A DNA stretch of 60,000 nucleotides from the NCBI GenBank assembly GCA_051294905.1, contig CM119372.1, forward strand, positions 30,506,001-30,566,000, read 5' to 3'. Both the position numbers and the translations under genes were made by a program. Positions 39,284 to 51,350 of the stretch are shown in pieces. Under the pieces are notes generated by a model. It did no database searches and was not told the DNA's origin. It saw only the letters and a program-made list of their open reading frames with translations. Each line of letters begins with the position of its first letter. Position 1 is the first letter of the stretch. The stretch comes from Botryllus schlosseri. Taxonomy: Eukaryota.

Positions 39284-40880
39284 AGCAACGCACACGTACG
39301 AATTTAGGAGTCGACGTTGGTCGGGCGCGAACCGCAACCCATTGGTGTTGCAGCTGTCGAACATACCACTGCTTTATCTCACCACACGTTTGGAAATGTA
39401 GGTATCGTAATCTTGAATTACTTTGAGTGTCCGAATCTGGAAAAAGTGCACCGCGACTTTTGTGCATTACACCCTGTTGTTGCCAACCACTTTTGAAGCT
39501 TTTTTTGTCAAAAGACAAGAAATATACTTGCCGCGTTCTAAACACTACATTGATATTTACTTTTAAAGATGATAGAGTTACTTTTACATCGCTTAAGTTC
39601 TTTTGCGTTGCCTCTATTATCCTCTAAATTCCATGCAAATGTATTTTGAGTTTCTTCCATAATCGTTCCCTTCGCGTAGCGTTAATGGTGTATTCGATAC
39701 AATTTCGCCGTATCGCTCATCGCCTTGACTACGGACCTTAATACGGGGAGGGGACTATGCCAGGACAATTTCTGAAAGGGATATTTTCGTCTGCTTGTGT
39801 AACCGCACAATGCGCTAATGTAATATCCGATACAACTTCGCCGTATCGCTCATCGCCTTGACTACGGCCCTTACTAATACGGGTAACGGCGGCATAGGCC
39901 TACCGGAAATGTTTCTGAAAGGTGGGACCGGGCATGAAAGGTCAAGAACCACTGTTCTATAGTTCAAAATAGCGAGTAACAATATAGCTAGCGTCATGAT
40001 AGCAAGTTATGCGAAATAATCCAAGCTATAGTATATATATACCCATAACATCACATATATATACACAAGCCAACCTGACCCCAACCCTAAATCTGATCCC
40101 TCCCTAACCACACCCTAACCCGATATAACATGGCATTATCCTTATCCGTAATCCAAAACAAGTCGAAGAAGAACTCATACTTTTGAATGTTTTGCTATTA
40201 TAACTCTGACAAATTTCTGCGGATGCCTAAAAAAGTGTGTCCGAATGTCTACTATCGCCAGAAGTGATCAACTTCCGCTGCTAAGGCTTAATGCCCTTGC
40301 ACCAAAGAGCCAATAAATGGCCGTCGATGCTATACGCACAGATGCAGACATGGACCGATAACTACATCAATGTATTTTTTTGTGATTCCGATTGCTTTTG
40401 AAAGGCGATATTACGATTACGATGACATGAAAAACTAACCAAGACAGGATTTTTTCTTCCTTACACTTTGGGCCTTGTGCATGTGCAATGTGCGTGTGCA
40501 ATTGTGCATATACGACATACTGGGAGAAAATATAACAATTGAGATGAGGCTGGATAACGGAAAAACATATCAGCCAATGGTTTTTCCTAAAATTACACTT
40601 GGTGATTGCTGTTGCTCTCTAGGGAAGAAATTAACACCCATCGCTCGTGCACTAATAGGAAAAGTAAATTTACCTCGTGGTGACGCGTGCATTGTGACGC
40701 TTCATTCGCTTGTAATTTGCCGCCTTTATGTTTACCTAGATTGTACATCTTATAGTTGTATGCTACTTATCCAAATATGCCCGTTAAACAACAGCCGTGT
40801 GTGATCGGCGGCGCACACGCCGAGTGAACCACTAAGAAAGTCGGTGGACAACTATGGACGTTGTGTAAACAGGTAGCAAT

Positions 40881-43862
40881 ATGAACGAAAGACGAAAAAA
40901 TGAGTTATTCTGTGACTTCGAAATTAAAACAGCTGAAAGATCATTTCCTGTGCACCGGGTAGTCCTTGACAGTTCCTCAGAGTATTTTCAGGGGTTGCTA
41001 TCTAAAGGTATGAGAGAGTCGGAACAGGGATATTGCTTGGTTGATGACGATACGAACGCCGTCGAACAGTGCATTGAGTATATGTATACTGGAAAACTGG
41101 ACCTAAGATCGCACGATGATGTGGAAAACATATTAGCGTTGTCGCACAGATGGCTTCTAATCGGAGCAGTCGATTTGTGTGCGGAATTTATGATGAAAAA
41201 CCTTCAACCCGAAACCTGTGTAGACTGGATCAATCTCGCGACGCTGTACGAGCTGCACCCACTGGAATCAAAATGCCTGTCATATATTCAGAACGATCTT
41301 CTTAACATCGGCAATTTACATAAACTTGGCACTGAAACGCTGAAAGCATTATTGCCGGGCTTAACAAACTCTTCCAAAAAAGCAAAAGTCATGTGGAATA
41401 TTGTGAAAATTCGAATGACTCATCAAGACAAAACATTTGTTAATAGCAAGTCTACCTGTGCATGTGCATTGATCCAGGAGTTTCCGGTTGAAACATTTTC
41501 TCAATCAGAATTCCAGAAAAATGTATTGACGGATGACCACGTGACATCATGCAGACAGTGTCTTTGTCATGTCACCGAAAGGAAAAAGGCACATGCGTAT
41601 AAAAATAGTGATATTAAACTGGATACTTGTCTCTCCATGAAGGATTTAGCCATCAAACACCGAGCGACGGGAATCGTACAATCTCTAAACAGATACATCA
41701 TCAAAAACTTTTCGAAAATATCCGAAAGCGACGCATTCCGAAGGCTGGTTACAGGAGATCAACTTATGTACTATATCCAACGTATCGACCGACTTTGTAC
41801 AATGTCCGAATTTCAACAGATCATCGAATGGATACGACAGTCTAAAGCAGTGGTTCCCAACCTTTTTATCCTAATTCCCCACTTCCGATTTATTCCTAGC
41901 CTTCATTCCCCACCTAAAATCTCTATATCCATATCTACCCTTTAAAGTGCTACCTCTAATAAAATTTTGCAAGACTTTGCTTAGTAAATATAGTGCGTGC
42001 TATTGGTGAGTGTTAAGATCCCCGGAATTGATCAGCACTCAATAAAATTAATGCAGCGGTGAACTGGTAACCGTAATATATGTATCTACCCAGGCGCGCA
42101 GCCAACAGAAAAATAGGAGGGTTTGAAAATTTTCCAAATGTTGCGGGGTAGCATCAATTTACATAAGTAAATGCCGAATAATACATGGGTCAGATAAACT
42201 TCCTGATGTTGACGAACGCATGCGTGCGATATATATATAAGCCGCCGTAAACTACACTTTCGCACAATACTAAAAGAACTTGAAATAACATAAGTATGTA
42301 ATTTCATTTGTAATGAGTCCAGATGTGCTATTAATTAGCGAGTCCACGATCTCCCTTGAATACATATTCAGCAATATGTGCTCTTATTACAACGAATCAG
42401 AATTTTTCTACCACTACGTTTCGTGACCGATGATGATGCACAAATGAATAAAAACATTTCTGGAGATCGCGTGTCGCTATCCAGGCGATTCTCGCTAATT
42501 GGAGGCACTGATAATATGAATCGCTGAATTGCAAATGAGCTATGAAATATTCGGTCGGCATTTCAAAACGATATTTAATAAAGAAGAATATTACGGTAAA
42601 GATTTTTTTAAATCGAGTCTATTCCCCACCAAAAACCCCGAAATTCCCCACAAGTGGGGAATTCCCCACCGTTTGGGAACCACTGGTCTAAAGAAAGGGA
42701 ATCATGCTTTCGAAATATATTTTCGCGTACAAGCTCCACTAGCAAATTCAAAGTCAGTTTGTCAACCATGAAACTACAAACACCTCGACGTGTTCCAAAC
42801 GATTGGGCTATTAATTTGAGGAATTGCTGCTTCATCAGATACCTTGCTGGAAAATACGCGTGCACGAATATTGCGGCCGAAGTAAATAGATATATTTATG
42901 AGAATTTCGACACAATCGCGGATAACTCGGATATTGGATATCTAACTGAGGAGACAATGATGTGCTACGTCAGCCAAATCTCTGTCAGCAAATCTGACGG
43001 TGGTCTGCTAATCTGGAAAACCGTACAAGCATGGAGTGAAAATAGATTTGAAATGACCCAAAGTGACTTCGCTCGGGTATTTTGCTCTTTGCGTCTTCAC
43101 GAATTTTCTGTGTTTTGTCTGCAGACCATCAGCCGATACCAGCTTGTGGCCGAGTCCGCCGAATGTATGGCTAAACTTAATGAGATCTTGTTCGGTAAAG
43201 TCGAAGATCTGCAAATCACAACCAGCGATCGATTACAACAGTTCTTTGGGCATTCGCAAACGAAATTGGCCGAGTTAGAGGAATGGTATCATAACATGAA
43301 ACGTAATATGAGCGAGTCTTCTAAAAAGCGAAATGCTACTATTAAAAGCATGGAGGAGAATAGCGAACAAAGATATGCAGATATTAGACATGAGCTGAAA
43401 TGCCTCAGTGATTTGAAGGATCAGATTGATGTTAATGAAGATTTAGTTGAAGAAGCAAACAAACAAATTTGCCGACTGCTGGATAACGATCTACGCTGCG
43501 ATCTGAGATTGGAAGAAATGGACAAAGTCGTCAAAAGTGATTTTGACAAGATGGATGCTAAATTCGAAGAGTACCAAACCAAGTTGACAATGTGCAATAG
43601 GGAAGTTAAAAAATCGAAAGAACGAATATCCAGACTTGATGACAGCGCTCACTCGCAAATACAAGTACTTCGCAATGAACTGTACCAGGTCCGTAGATGC
43701 ATGTCCACATTACGGGATGATATTCAAACTGCTCACATGAATATTTATGCTATTCAGAACACAATACGGGAGGATATTCAAGCTATTCAGCAACAAGATA
43801 ATAGATATAAAATAACATTGGGATTGGGGATCGGCCTAATCTGCCTTTATGCAATAATGTAA
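40881..43862 (+). CDS. Intronless BTB/POZ-BACK-like protein with a coiled coil and hydrophobic C-terminus, interrupted by a MITE (711 aa when reconstructed)
   Basis: BTB motifs LFCDF, FPVHRVVL..SSEYF..LL...MRES and IEYMYTG. ORFs 40881 and 42654 share a frame. Removing the MITE plus one TSD (846 bp) gives ...IRQSK|ERESCF..., matching the paralogue's WIRESKEREPCF. Confidence 0.9.
41848..42685 (+). mobile_element. 838-bp hAT MITE, copy 2, inserted in the BTB coding sequence
   Basis: TIR CAGTGGTTCCCAA...TTGGGAACCACTG; TSD GTCTAAAG at 41840-41847 and 42686-42693. Confidence 0.97.
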
Positions 43863-44300
43863 CGTAAAAGTTCCAATTTGTCGAAAATTGCCGTTCACGT
43901 TTGTGTATCATAACCGCCGTATAGGCTAAGTCTGGCATATGGGTAGGCGTACAGATTGGTTGTTGAAATTTCAATTTTACAAGACGTGGAATTTCCGCAA
44001 TCTCACAATTATCCGCGCAATTGATTACACTGGTCAACACATATATTCATAGGCAGACGCAATGTAATATTGGTCTGAGGGTTTTGATGGGCACTGATTC
44101 CGAATATGACCTGAGTTTTTCTCAGAACGGATCTGGTTTTGGAGATAACCCATATAGGGATATTTTGAATAAATTCTCACCTTTTCGCTGTATGGGCTAG
44201 ATAAAAAAAAATGGTTCAGTCGTAGGCTATCATAAAGGTCTGAAATTCATTAAATCAAAATACAGCAACATCATTTTATGTAGGGGTATTCGATTTAACA

Positions 44301-45887
44301 TAGGGTTACCATATTTTTGTGACCCAAATTCCGGACGCTCTTTAGCGCCCACTAGTGGATTTTAAATGAGTGATGAGCACATTTCGATCAATATGACGTC
44401 ACACCAGCAAAGCTGTGTCTATCGACTTAAGGTGGTCACGATCCGGTTCAGGAGTATGTGGCAGTGTGTTGTAATTTGTAACCACGGCCGAAGCCACATA
44501 TTTTCACCTCACTCCCGCACAAATAAACACTGATCGGCCCCCCTGTACGGTAATCGATGCAACTTCTGGGGGCTTTACTATATGCATCTGGTCGTAAATG
44601 ATTTGAATGAATTACAGAAGAGCGAGGAGAACTAATCCTCTTCGATAATCGATAATCAATATCGATAATGACAATAATGTAACGTTGGGATACTTTTTTA
44701 TCACACACAGGGTAGCCTACAATGCGGTAAGACACAATGCACTGTAATGAACGGATAGGCAGTGCCCGACGTCACAGTTATTTTCGATGTTGACATTTTA
44801 TGAAGCCGCGGCCCTTTATAGTTCTTTCTATTCCGTGTGAGTGCTTTCTGTCGTCGGATCTTTTTCTGGGCTTTTTACGGCGGGGAAAGAGGAGACCAGA
44901 TAAGCCTCCAGCGGGAATCGTACCGGCGCCGCCCGGTTAGTAGACCCTTATCGTCACCACTACGCTATCTCCCTCGTGTATTGTGGAATTATGTCAATAA
45001 TATTGGTTCTTCAATATATTATTATAAGACCCTGTTAGTTTCCACACCCTATTTAACGTCCACTTGTAGATTTATATAACTTTATTATAGTTACACGAGC
45101 TTTTGAAGCGCCGCTCCTTCATCAGGTGTTAAAGCGAAAGTAAAATTATATAATTTTGATCCTCTCTCCGCCCACATGATCAGAGTTAGCGGTCGAGCTG
45201 GTGAAGGATGATGACTTCGAAAATGCAAGTATAGCGTAATTGCACGTCATGATCATGTCACACCGATAAGATCATTTATCAGCCTGCACCCCTGAGCTAC
45301 ATAAACACCGCACATTCGGTGGTTACCAACCTTTTATGGTCGCGACTCCATTACCAACTTTTTATGGTCGCGACTCCATTTCCAACTTGGCGTTGCCCAG
45401 CTGATTACTAATTAATGGTCAGCAAATTTGCCCAGATTTATACTCACAGCCTATTTTGGAAGCTGATTAGGCTACGTTCAACCTCTTCGTAAACCCCTGA
45501 ATAAAGGCAAACTATCTTTGAATAAAGCATCCAAACGGCCTCAACCGACTCTATGAATATACCGTTATCTTGTAATTGCGATTACAATTAGACTTATTTC
45601 TGTAAATAATTTCTATTTTATATTTTTTATCACAGTTTTTGAGAGGGTGGTACTTCCGATATCCAAACGAAGATATGTGACACTAAATCGCGCGCAGCGC
45701 GAAGAAAAATTTCATAAATCTGCCTAAAAACAATCTTGTCTATGTTCATTTACGAAAAAATTATTAGCTTTTTTCAAGAGTTCAAAATTCCGGACATTTG
45801 AGCATATTTTGGAAATTCCTCCCGGACGCAGTAAAAACAGTGAAATTCCGGACATGTCCGGGAAATTCCGGACGTATGGCAACCCTA
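44301..45887. mobile_element. Non-autonomous hAT-type element with TCCGGA subterminal repeats
   Basis: TIR TAGGGTTACCATA / TATGGCAACCCTA; TSD ATTTAACA at 44293-44300 and 45888-45895. Confidence 0.9.
45093..45129 (-). ncRNA. Degenerate minimal type I hammerhead-ribozyme-like motif (Penelope pLTR-like)
   Basis: Minus strand reads ACAC-CTGATGA-A-GGAGC-GGC-GCTTC-AAAA-GCTC-GTGT, followed by AATAAA. The GAAA core appears mutated to AAAA. Confidence 0.5.
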
Positions 45888-46386
45888 ATTTAACAGCGTT
45901 ATGGATATTCACAGATATTATGTACATAAATAAACTACAATCATATACATAAGTATCTACCTGAATGCTTAAATAACGTTGCATTAATGCAATCAGTTTT
46001 ATGTCAGCCACCTATTGTAAATTCAAAACAATCAGTTAGAATATAACATTAATAATAATTTTTCCTACGATTTTCACTTTTAAGCAATTTAGGTCAGTCT
46101 CTCGAAAGGTTCAATCTATAGTCTGCCACAATATGTTCCTCTCATCTGCTCTTATATATCTCTTTTGTTGCTTTGATGTCTTGGTGGAACCTTTCCCTTG
46201 CTCTTCACTCTAATCTCCAAAATGATCAGGAAATATATCAAGATCACTGAGCAGGAAGTGAGGTATCGTAGTGGTGAGCGACGCCGCTATGTAGGCGGCC
46301 CTCAAAGTCCCGCCGTCGGAGGATATTTTGGGCTCCTCGTCCCACATGTCGCTATTCTTGCGGCGACAAAAAAGCCCAGTAAAAAG

Positions 46387-47290
46387 CAGTGTTGGGATCA
46401 AGTCACTGCCTTCAAGTCACGAGTCATTTCGAATCATTGCACATTTTGACTCGAGTCAAGTCAAGTCAATCAATTTTCAAAGGTGACTCGAGTCAAGTCG
46501 AGTCAAGTCAAGTCAAGTCAAGTCAAGTCACGAGTCCAGTCAAAATTCAAGTCAAGTTGCCTTTTCGGGGTATAAGACATGATTAATTCATTGCATTTTG
46601 CTAGCTGTCTGAAATACAGGTTGAGTGGTCATTGATTTTGAACCGGACGAATATACCATTAAATAGACACGCCGGAAGGGGCTGTATCGCTCACATATAC
46701 GTAGCACTGCTAAACTGTACATAAAGTAATTGCATAGCCGCAGTTTATATAGTTAGCAGCGAAAATAGAGAATTGAGAAACGAATTGATAAGATGCAATA
46801 CAATAAATATTTACAAATTGATATTATTTAATTCGAGCCTGCGCAAATGGTTGAGGACTATATAAACTATATTCGATTTCAATTTCAATAAAACGAACAG
46901 GTTTGGTTAAGGTAAGAACAGAAATGTCTATTTTGCTATTAAATTACGTACTATACTATTTACGACAACGTAAGCTTTGATCACTTCGTTTGCGGTTGAT
47001 TTATTTGTGAGAGAACAATGAAGGCTCAGTAAACTGGACGATCGCCGATTGATTGGTAGCTCTCACGGGTTACACTAGCGTTTCGCGAACAATCCGAACA
47101 TAAGATACAGTAATTTTTTATCGACAACGATTACTCGTTGACTTGAAACTGACTCAAGAATTTTGCTTCGAGTCACGAGTCAATCCACATTTCTAATATG
47201 CCGAGTCAAGTCAAGTCAAGTCATTTTAGCAAAGTGACTTGAGTCAAGTCAAGTCATACGAAAAACTTGACTCGAGTCATCCCAACACTG
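46387..47290. mobile_element. Second copy of the (CAAGT)n MITE family (24956-25922)
   Basis: TIR CAGTGTTGGGAT / ATCCCAACACTG with a collinear interior; TSD not preserved. Confidence 0.9.
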
Positions 47291-47664
47291 ACCTGCAGAC
47301 AGTTTCAGTTCTTTTACATGATGATGTGGCCAGCGGGTCGACCATGAATATATTAACAAGACAAAGCTGCGTTCGCTAACTGAGTCTCGGTAACGTCCAT
47401 TCTCGGTAATGGCATTCTCGGTATTGGTATAGAACCAGAACCCAAATCCTTCTAAAGGAGGGCTCTATACCAACAGTGGCGTAGCAGCCACTTGGCGGTT
47501 CTGGCTCTGCGCCAGGGGCGGCAGGCTCCGAGGGGGCGGCAAAATGTGGCTGCACAGTGAGAGAGAGAGAGATGGTTTTCTTTTTCGCCTGCACCATCGA
47601 GATGCTTTGACGGTGGAGATGCGATAAGGACTTTTTTTATAATAAGGTCATCAGGTCTGCACCT

Positions 47665-47808
47665 CCGTTTTTCCCTCTGTGATTGCTGAGTGCCTGGCGG
47701 CATAACCGCGGATACCAGTTTTCGAGTTTTTTGGTCTGACCAGGTCGGGGGTCGAACCCACGACCTACCGATCAAGGAGCCGGAAGCATCACCATTACAG
47801 TTACACAT
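47665..47808 (-). mobile_element. tRNA-derived SINE 5' part
   Basis: Minus strand has an A-box-like TAACTGTAATGG and a B-box GGTTCGACCCC, followed by AAAACTGGTATC...GGCACTCAGCA, which resembles a conserved SINE central domain (from recall, unverified). Confidence 0.7.
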
Positions 47809-48063
47809 TTACACATTACATTTCTATCAATTATGCTGGACCCCAATTGTGGAACAGCATCTCGCCGGCTATCCGACAGTCGTCGAGCATGTCCACATTC
47901 AAGTCGAAATACAAGCAATTTCTTCTAAATCAATACTAGCCAGTCTTCAGGATTACCGGACCACGACCTAACATCGAACTCGCCCTTCGCCACATGCCAC
48001 CTCATTTTGTCGCTTGCATCTTATATTCTCTGCATTACTTTTCATTCAGTGTGCACTGTGCAT

Positions 48064-50262
48064 TAGGGTTATGACTAAAAAATTTTTTTTGGCCTGTAGC
48101 AGGAATTGATGAACATTTTGGTATAAATTAATAAAATCATAATCATTTTGTTCAAATCGAAAAAAATGTCCCGCACAAACTAACATCAAATTTTCGACAC
48201 TGGTCCAAATATGGAAAAAATTTAAAATTCAAAGATATTCTTTGCTACAAATTTAATCTTCAAATATATGTCCTTTTACACTTATTGTAAATTTATTCAT
48301 CAATTTGATTTCCCTTTCTGTTATTATGTTAGTGCCAGGGACATCTACGACGGACATATCCGACTTTCAATGGGGTTTTGGGGCACTTTATCGCTGCAGG
48401 ACATTCGACCGCAAAGATAGCAGCAAATAATCTTTGGTATATTCTAGAGCCCGACCGATTTTGGATTTTTGGCTCGATACCGATAAAACCAATATCTCAC
48501 GCCTTAGCCGATAACCCCAATACATTCAGCCGATATTCAAAAGAAGTTGGATGTATACATAAGCACATTTTCAAATCTTCAGAGGGCATTTATTTGAACA
48601 TCTTTACAGCCATTGTTATACTTGAACATGAAATGAACTAGAAAGGCTGCATCTGGACACCTGTAAAGTGTAAGCTATATGAAATATATCAATATTCTCA
48701 GTCTAGCGATCAAAGACTATAGTTTTCTGACTTCCTTCCGCCATGTTGTGACGTCACACGCAAATTGCCGTTGATTTTTCAGCTCCAATGGCCGATACCG
48801 ATAATTCTTTCAAAGTGTGATATCGTCTCGATATTATCGACGAACCGATAATCGGTCGGGCTCTAGTACATTCCATCTTTGGACATCTGGTTAGAATACC
48901 AGTCTTCCTGACACGCATTTGCGATAAATAAGCATCTCCAGAGTTATTCTCTATCTGGGGAAGTGGAAGTACGCAATAATGGCCCTAGAGCACCCTCTCG
49001 CATTGCGTAGAGATGGAAGTTTATGCCATTTGATCAGTGGTAATCTATACCATTTTCTTTGAAAGAACGGCATGTTCTGAACATGCCATAGATAAACTTA
49101 AAATCATCCCTACATCCTCGGTTTTCTAATATTTTCATCTGAAATTCGTGCTTGGTGGATTGCATCTAGTTTTCGTAGTGTTTTCCCACATCATCTCCGA
49201 ATTTGTAGCTGAGAGCTGGATTTCTTGAAGACGTTGGATCGAAGAACTCTAATATATGCTTTAAGAATCGATAATATGATGTTGGCAAGGGATATGAAAA
49301 CCCATGCTCATCATCGCATTTCGCAGTTTCGAAACAACGCCACTCTGCCGTCCAGTATCAACAGATGCTATGGTGTCACATATGATATATGAGATTTTCA
49401 AATTTTCCTGTACATCATATTCTTCTAAGCGGTTTTCTAGACCGCTGAAAATACCTAGAGTTGTTCTACTTTCGCCTTTTCGAACACCCAGTTTGATTTG
49501 TGCCAGACAAATTGAAATTATACGATATATACAGTCTACATCTAAAATCGTAATTAATAATTATCTATTAATTATTTAATATTGACTGTAAACAAGAACA
49601 CGATAGGAATAATTCAATCTGGGCAATCAAAATGTACCAAAATACTATTTTAAATCTTCGCAATTGGAATTGGGTCAGTTAAATTCAAATCCGTCGATAA
49701 ATAAATTATATAGTCTGTATCTATAAAAGAAAGCCTATATCCTCCATACAGTGAAAACTGGAAAATTTTTGTGCGGGAGGTTTTTGTTCAAACAGTCTTA
49801 ACTTTTGTGAGTTTTGAAATCAGGTCACAATAGCTCATCATTTGTGACTACAGGACACACAAAATTTTGAAATTTTTTTTCTAGTCATAACTCTAATATA
49901 CAGTCTACATCTAAAATCGGAATTAATAATTATTTAATAATTATTTAATATTGACTGTAAGCGAGAACACGATAGGAATAATTCAATCTGGGCGGTCAAA
50001 ATGTACCAAAATACTATTTTAAATCTTCGCAATTGGAATTGGGTCAGTTAAATTCAAATCAGTCGATAAATAAATTATATAGTCTGTATCTACAAAAGAA
50101 AGCCTATCCTCCATACAGTGAAAACTGGAAAATTTTTGTGCGGGAGGTTTTTGTTCAAATAGTCTTAACTTTTGTGAGTTTTGAAATCAGGACACAAAAG
50201 CTCATCATTTGTGACTACAGGACACACAAAATTTTGAATTTTTTTTTCTAGTCATAACCCTA
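48064..50262 (-). mobile_element. hATm-like transposon remnant with a duplicated end
   Basis: TIR TAGGGTTATGACTA / TAGTCATAACCCTA; TSD CTGTGCAT. Minus strand 49500-49261 reads ...IICDTIASVDTGRQSGVVSKL...IPCQHHIID, like the hATm DTTASNTG and CxHH motifs. RDDFKF and NARGCSRAI follow downstream. Confidence 0.85.
48445..48865. mobile_element. hAT-type MITE with CCGATA repeats
   Basis: TIR TAGAGCCCGACCGATT / AATCGGTCGGGCTCTA; TSD GTATATTC / GTACATTC. Confidence 0.88.
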
Positions 50263-50601
50263 CTGTGCATGCCTCTTATTTTCTTCGCCTAGGCTAAGGT
50301 GTGTGTCTGATCTTAATGGCTACTCCAAGTTGTTTCGACACCTTTCTATCTTCTCATTGTATCGCAATCTTGTGATGTTTTGAAACGATGAAAATATTAA
50401 TAAACCTGATTGATTGATTGATTGATTGATTGACACTATCTCGCTCGGCACAGTGTACACAGCCGGCTAAAAGAAACGTTAATTGGTAGTCCTATAGCTG
50501 GCGTCCCGTGAAGTCTCAATCGAAAGCTAGTGCCGCGCTGATTCCGAAAACACGAATTAATATGCTAACATGGCGATGGAACCACTCCGAAACAGCCGAC
50601 A

Positions 50602-51350
50602 ATGCCGATTGTTCGGAGAGGTCGCAGAAAAAGGATAATGCCTGGCGAACAATCAGAAGATGCTGGCCTCAGTGTTGTTGAAGAAGTTGGACGATACATG
50701 TTTCAAGCTTTGGAGAGATTTAAACTTGAAGCTGAAACTAGGTTTACCGGCATACACCACCTAAATGATATGTTTGGATTTTTGAATTCCCGCGCGCTGC
50801 TGCAAAGCGAAAGTCACAATTTATTCACCAGCGCTTTTAGAAGCACTTATGACAGCGAGGTGGACTTTTTGGAGTTGGCTGCGAAATTGTCATGCCTTAT
50901 ACCTTCGAATTGGGGATCATATAAATCAGAAGATTGCTAGCTTTTCGTACAAACCAATATGAGACCTCTAGGACGAACACAAATTAAGATATGATCATAT
51001 GAAGTTGTTCAACTTGAGATTTTAAAAGGGTAAAGAGGCTGATGCGGAGCAGTGAAACCACGTTTGATCGTAGTGCAACAGCGTTTGATGTTTTACAGTG
51101 GTTAGTTAATGCAAAGCTACTTGATTCGACACCATATTTATGCTCGTGTCTAAACTTTATCTGATCATTGCTGTTTCAATTGCGAGCTGTGTGAGGCGAG
51201 CTTCTCAAAGCTCAAACTGATTAAGTCTTATTTACGTTCTACCATGAATGATGATCGGCTATATGCTCTATCCATTCTGTCTATAAAAAAAACTACGTTA
51301 AAAAACTTGAATTTGAGGATATTATCGCTGATTTTGCTTTGAGGCGGCTA
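50602..51350 (+). pseudogene. hAT transposase C-terminal remnant (dimerisation domain)
   Basis: RRKRIMPGE...E.RF, then the frameshifted AVSIASC / EASFSKLKLIKSYLRSTMNDDRLYALSILSI. Confidence 0.9.

Larger units (their letters stand above)
47810..50432 (+). mobile_element. LINE 3' end split by the hATm-like element (47810-48063 plus 50271-50432)
   Basis: SINYAGPQLWNSISPAIRQSSSMSTFKSKYKQFLLNQY*. The 3' UTR resumes after the TSD and ends AATAAACC(TGAT)n. Confidence 0.85.

Noticed and set aside
40070..40125. Telomeric CCCTAA-like repeats
   Set aside because: Only a few degenerate units, typical of small interspersed repeats rather than a telomere array.
41840..42697. MITE removed as an intron (introner-like), since the TSD begins with GT and ends with AG
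   Set aside because: The obvious GT/GC-AG pairs shift the frame. The only in-frame pair I found (41840-42697) has a poor donor and no polypyrimidine tract.
47735..47808. Functional tRNA gene
   Set aside because: A and B boxes are present but no full cloverleaf or acceptor stem is evident, and it continues into SINE body sequence. A similar weaker B-box at ~56405 was also not called.
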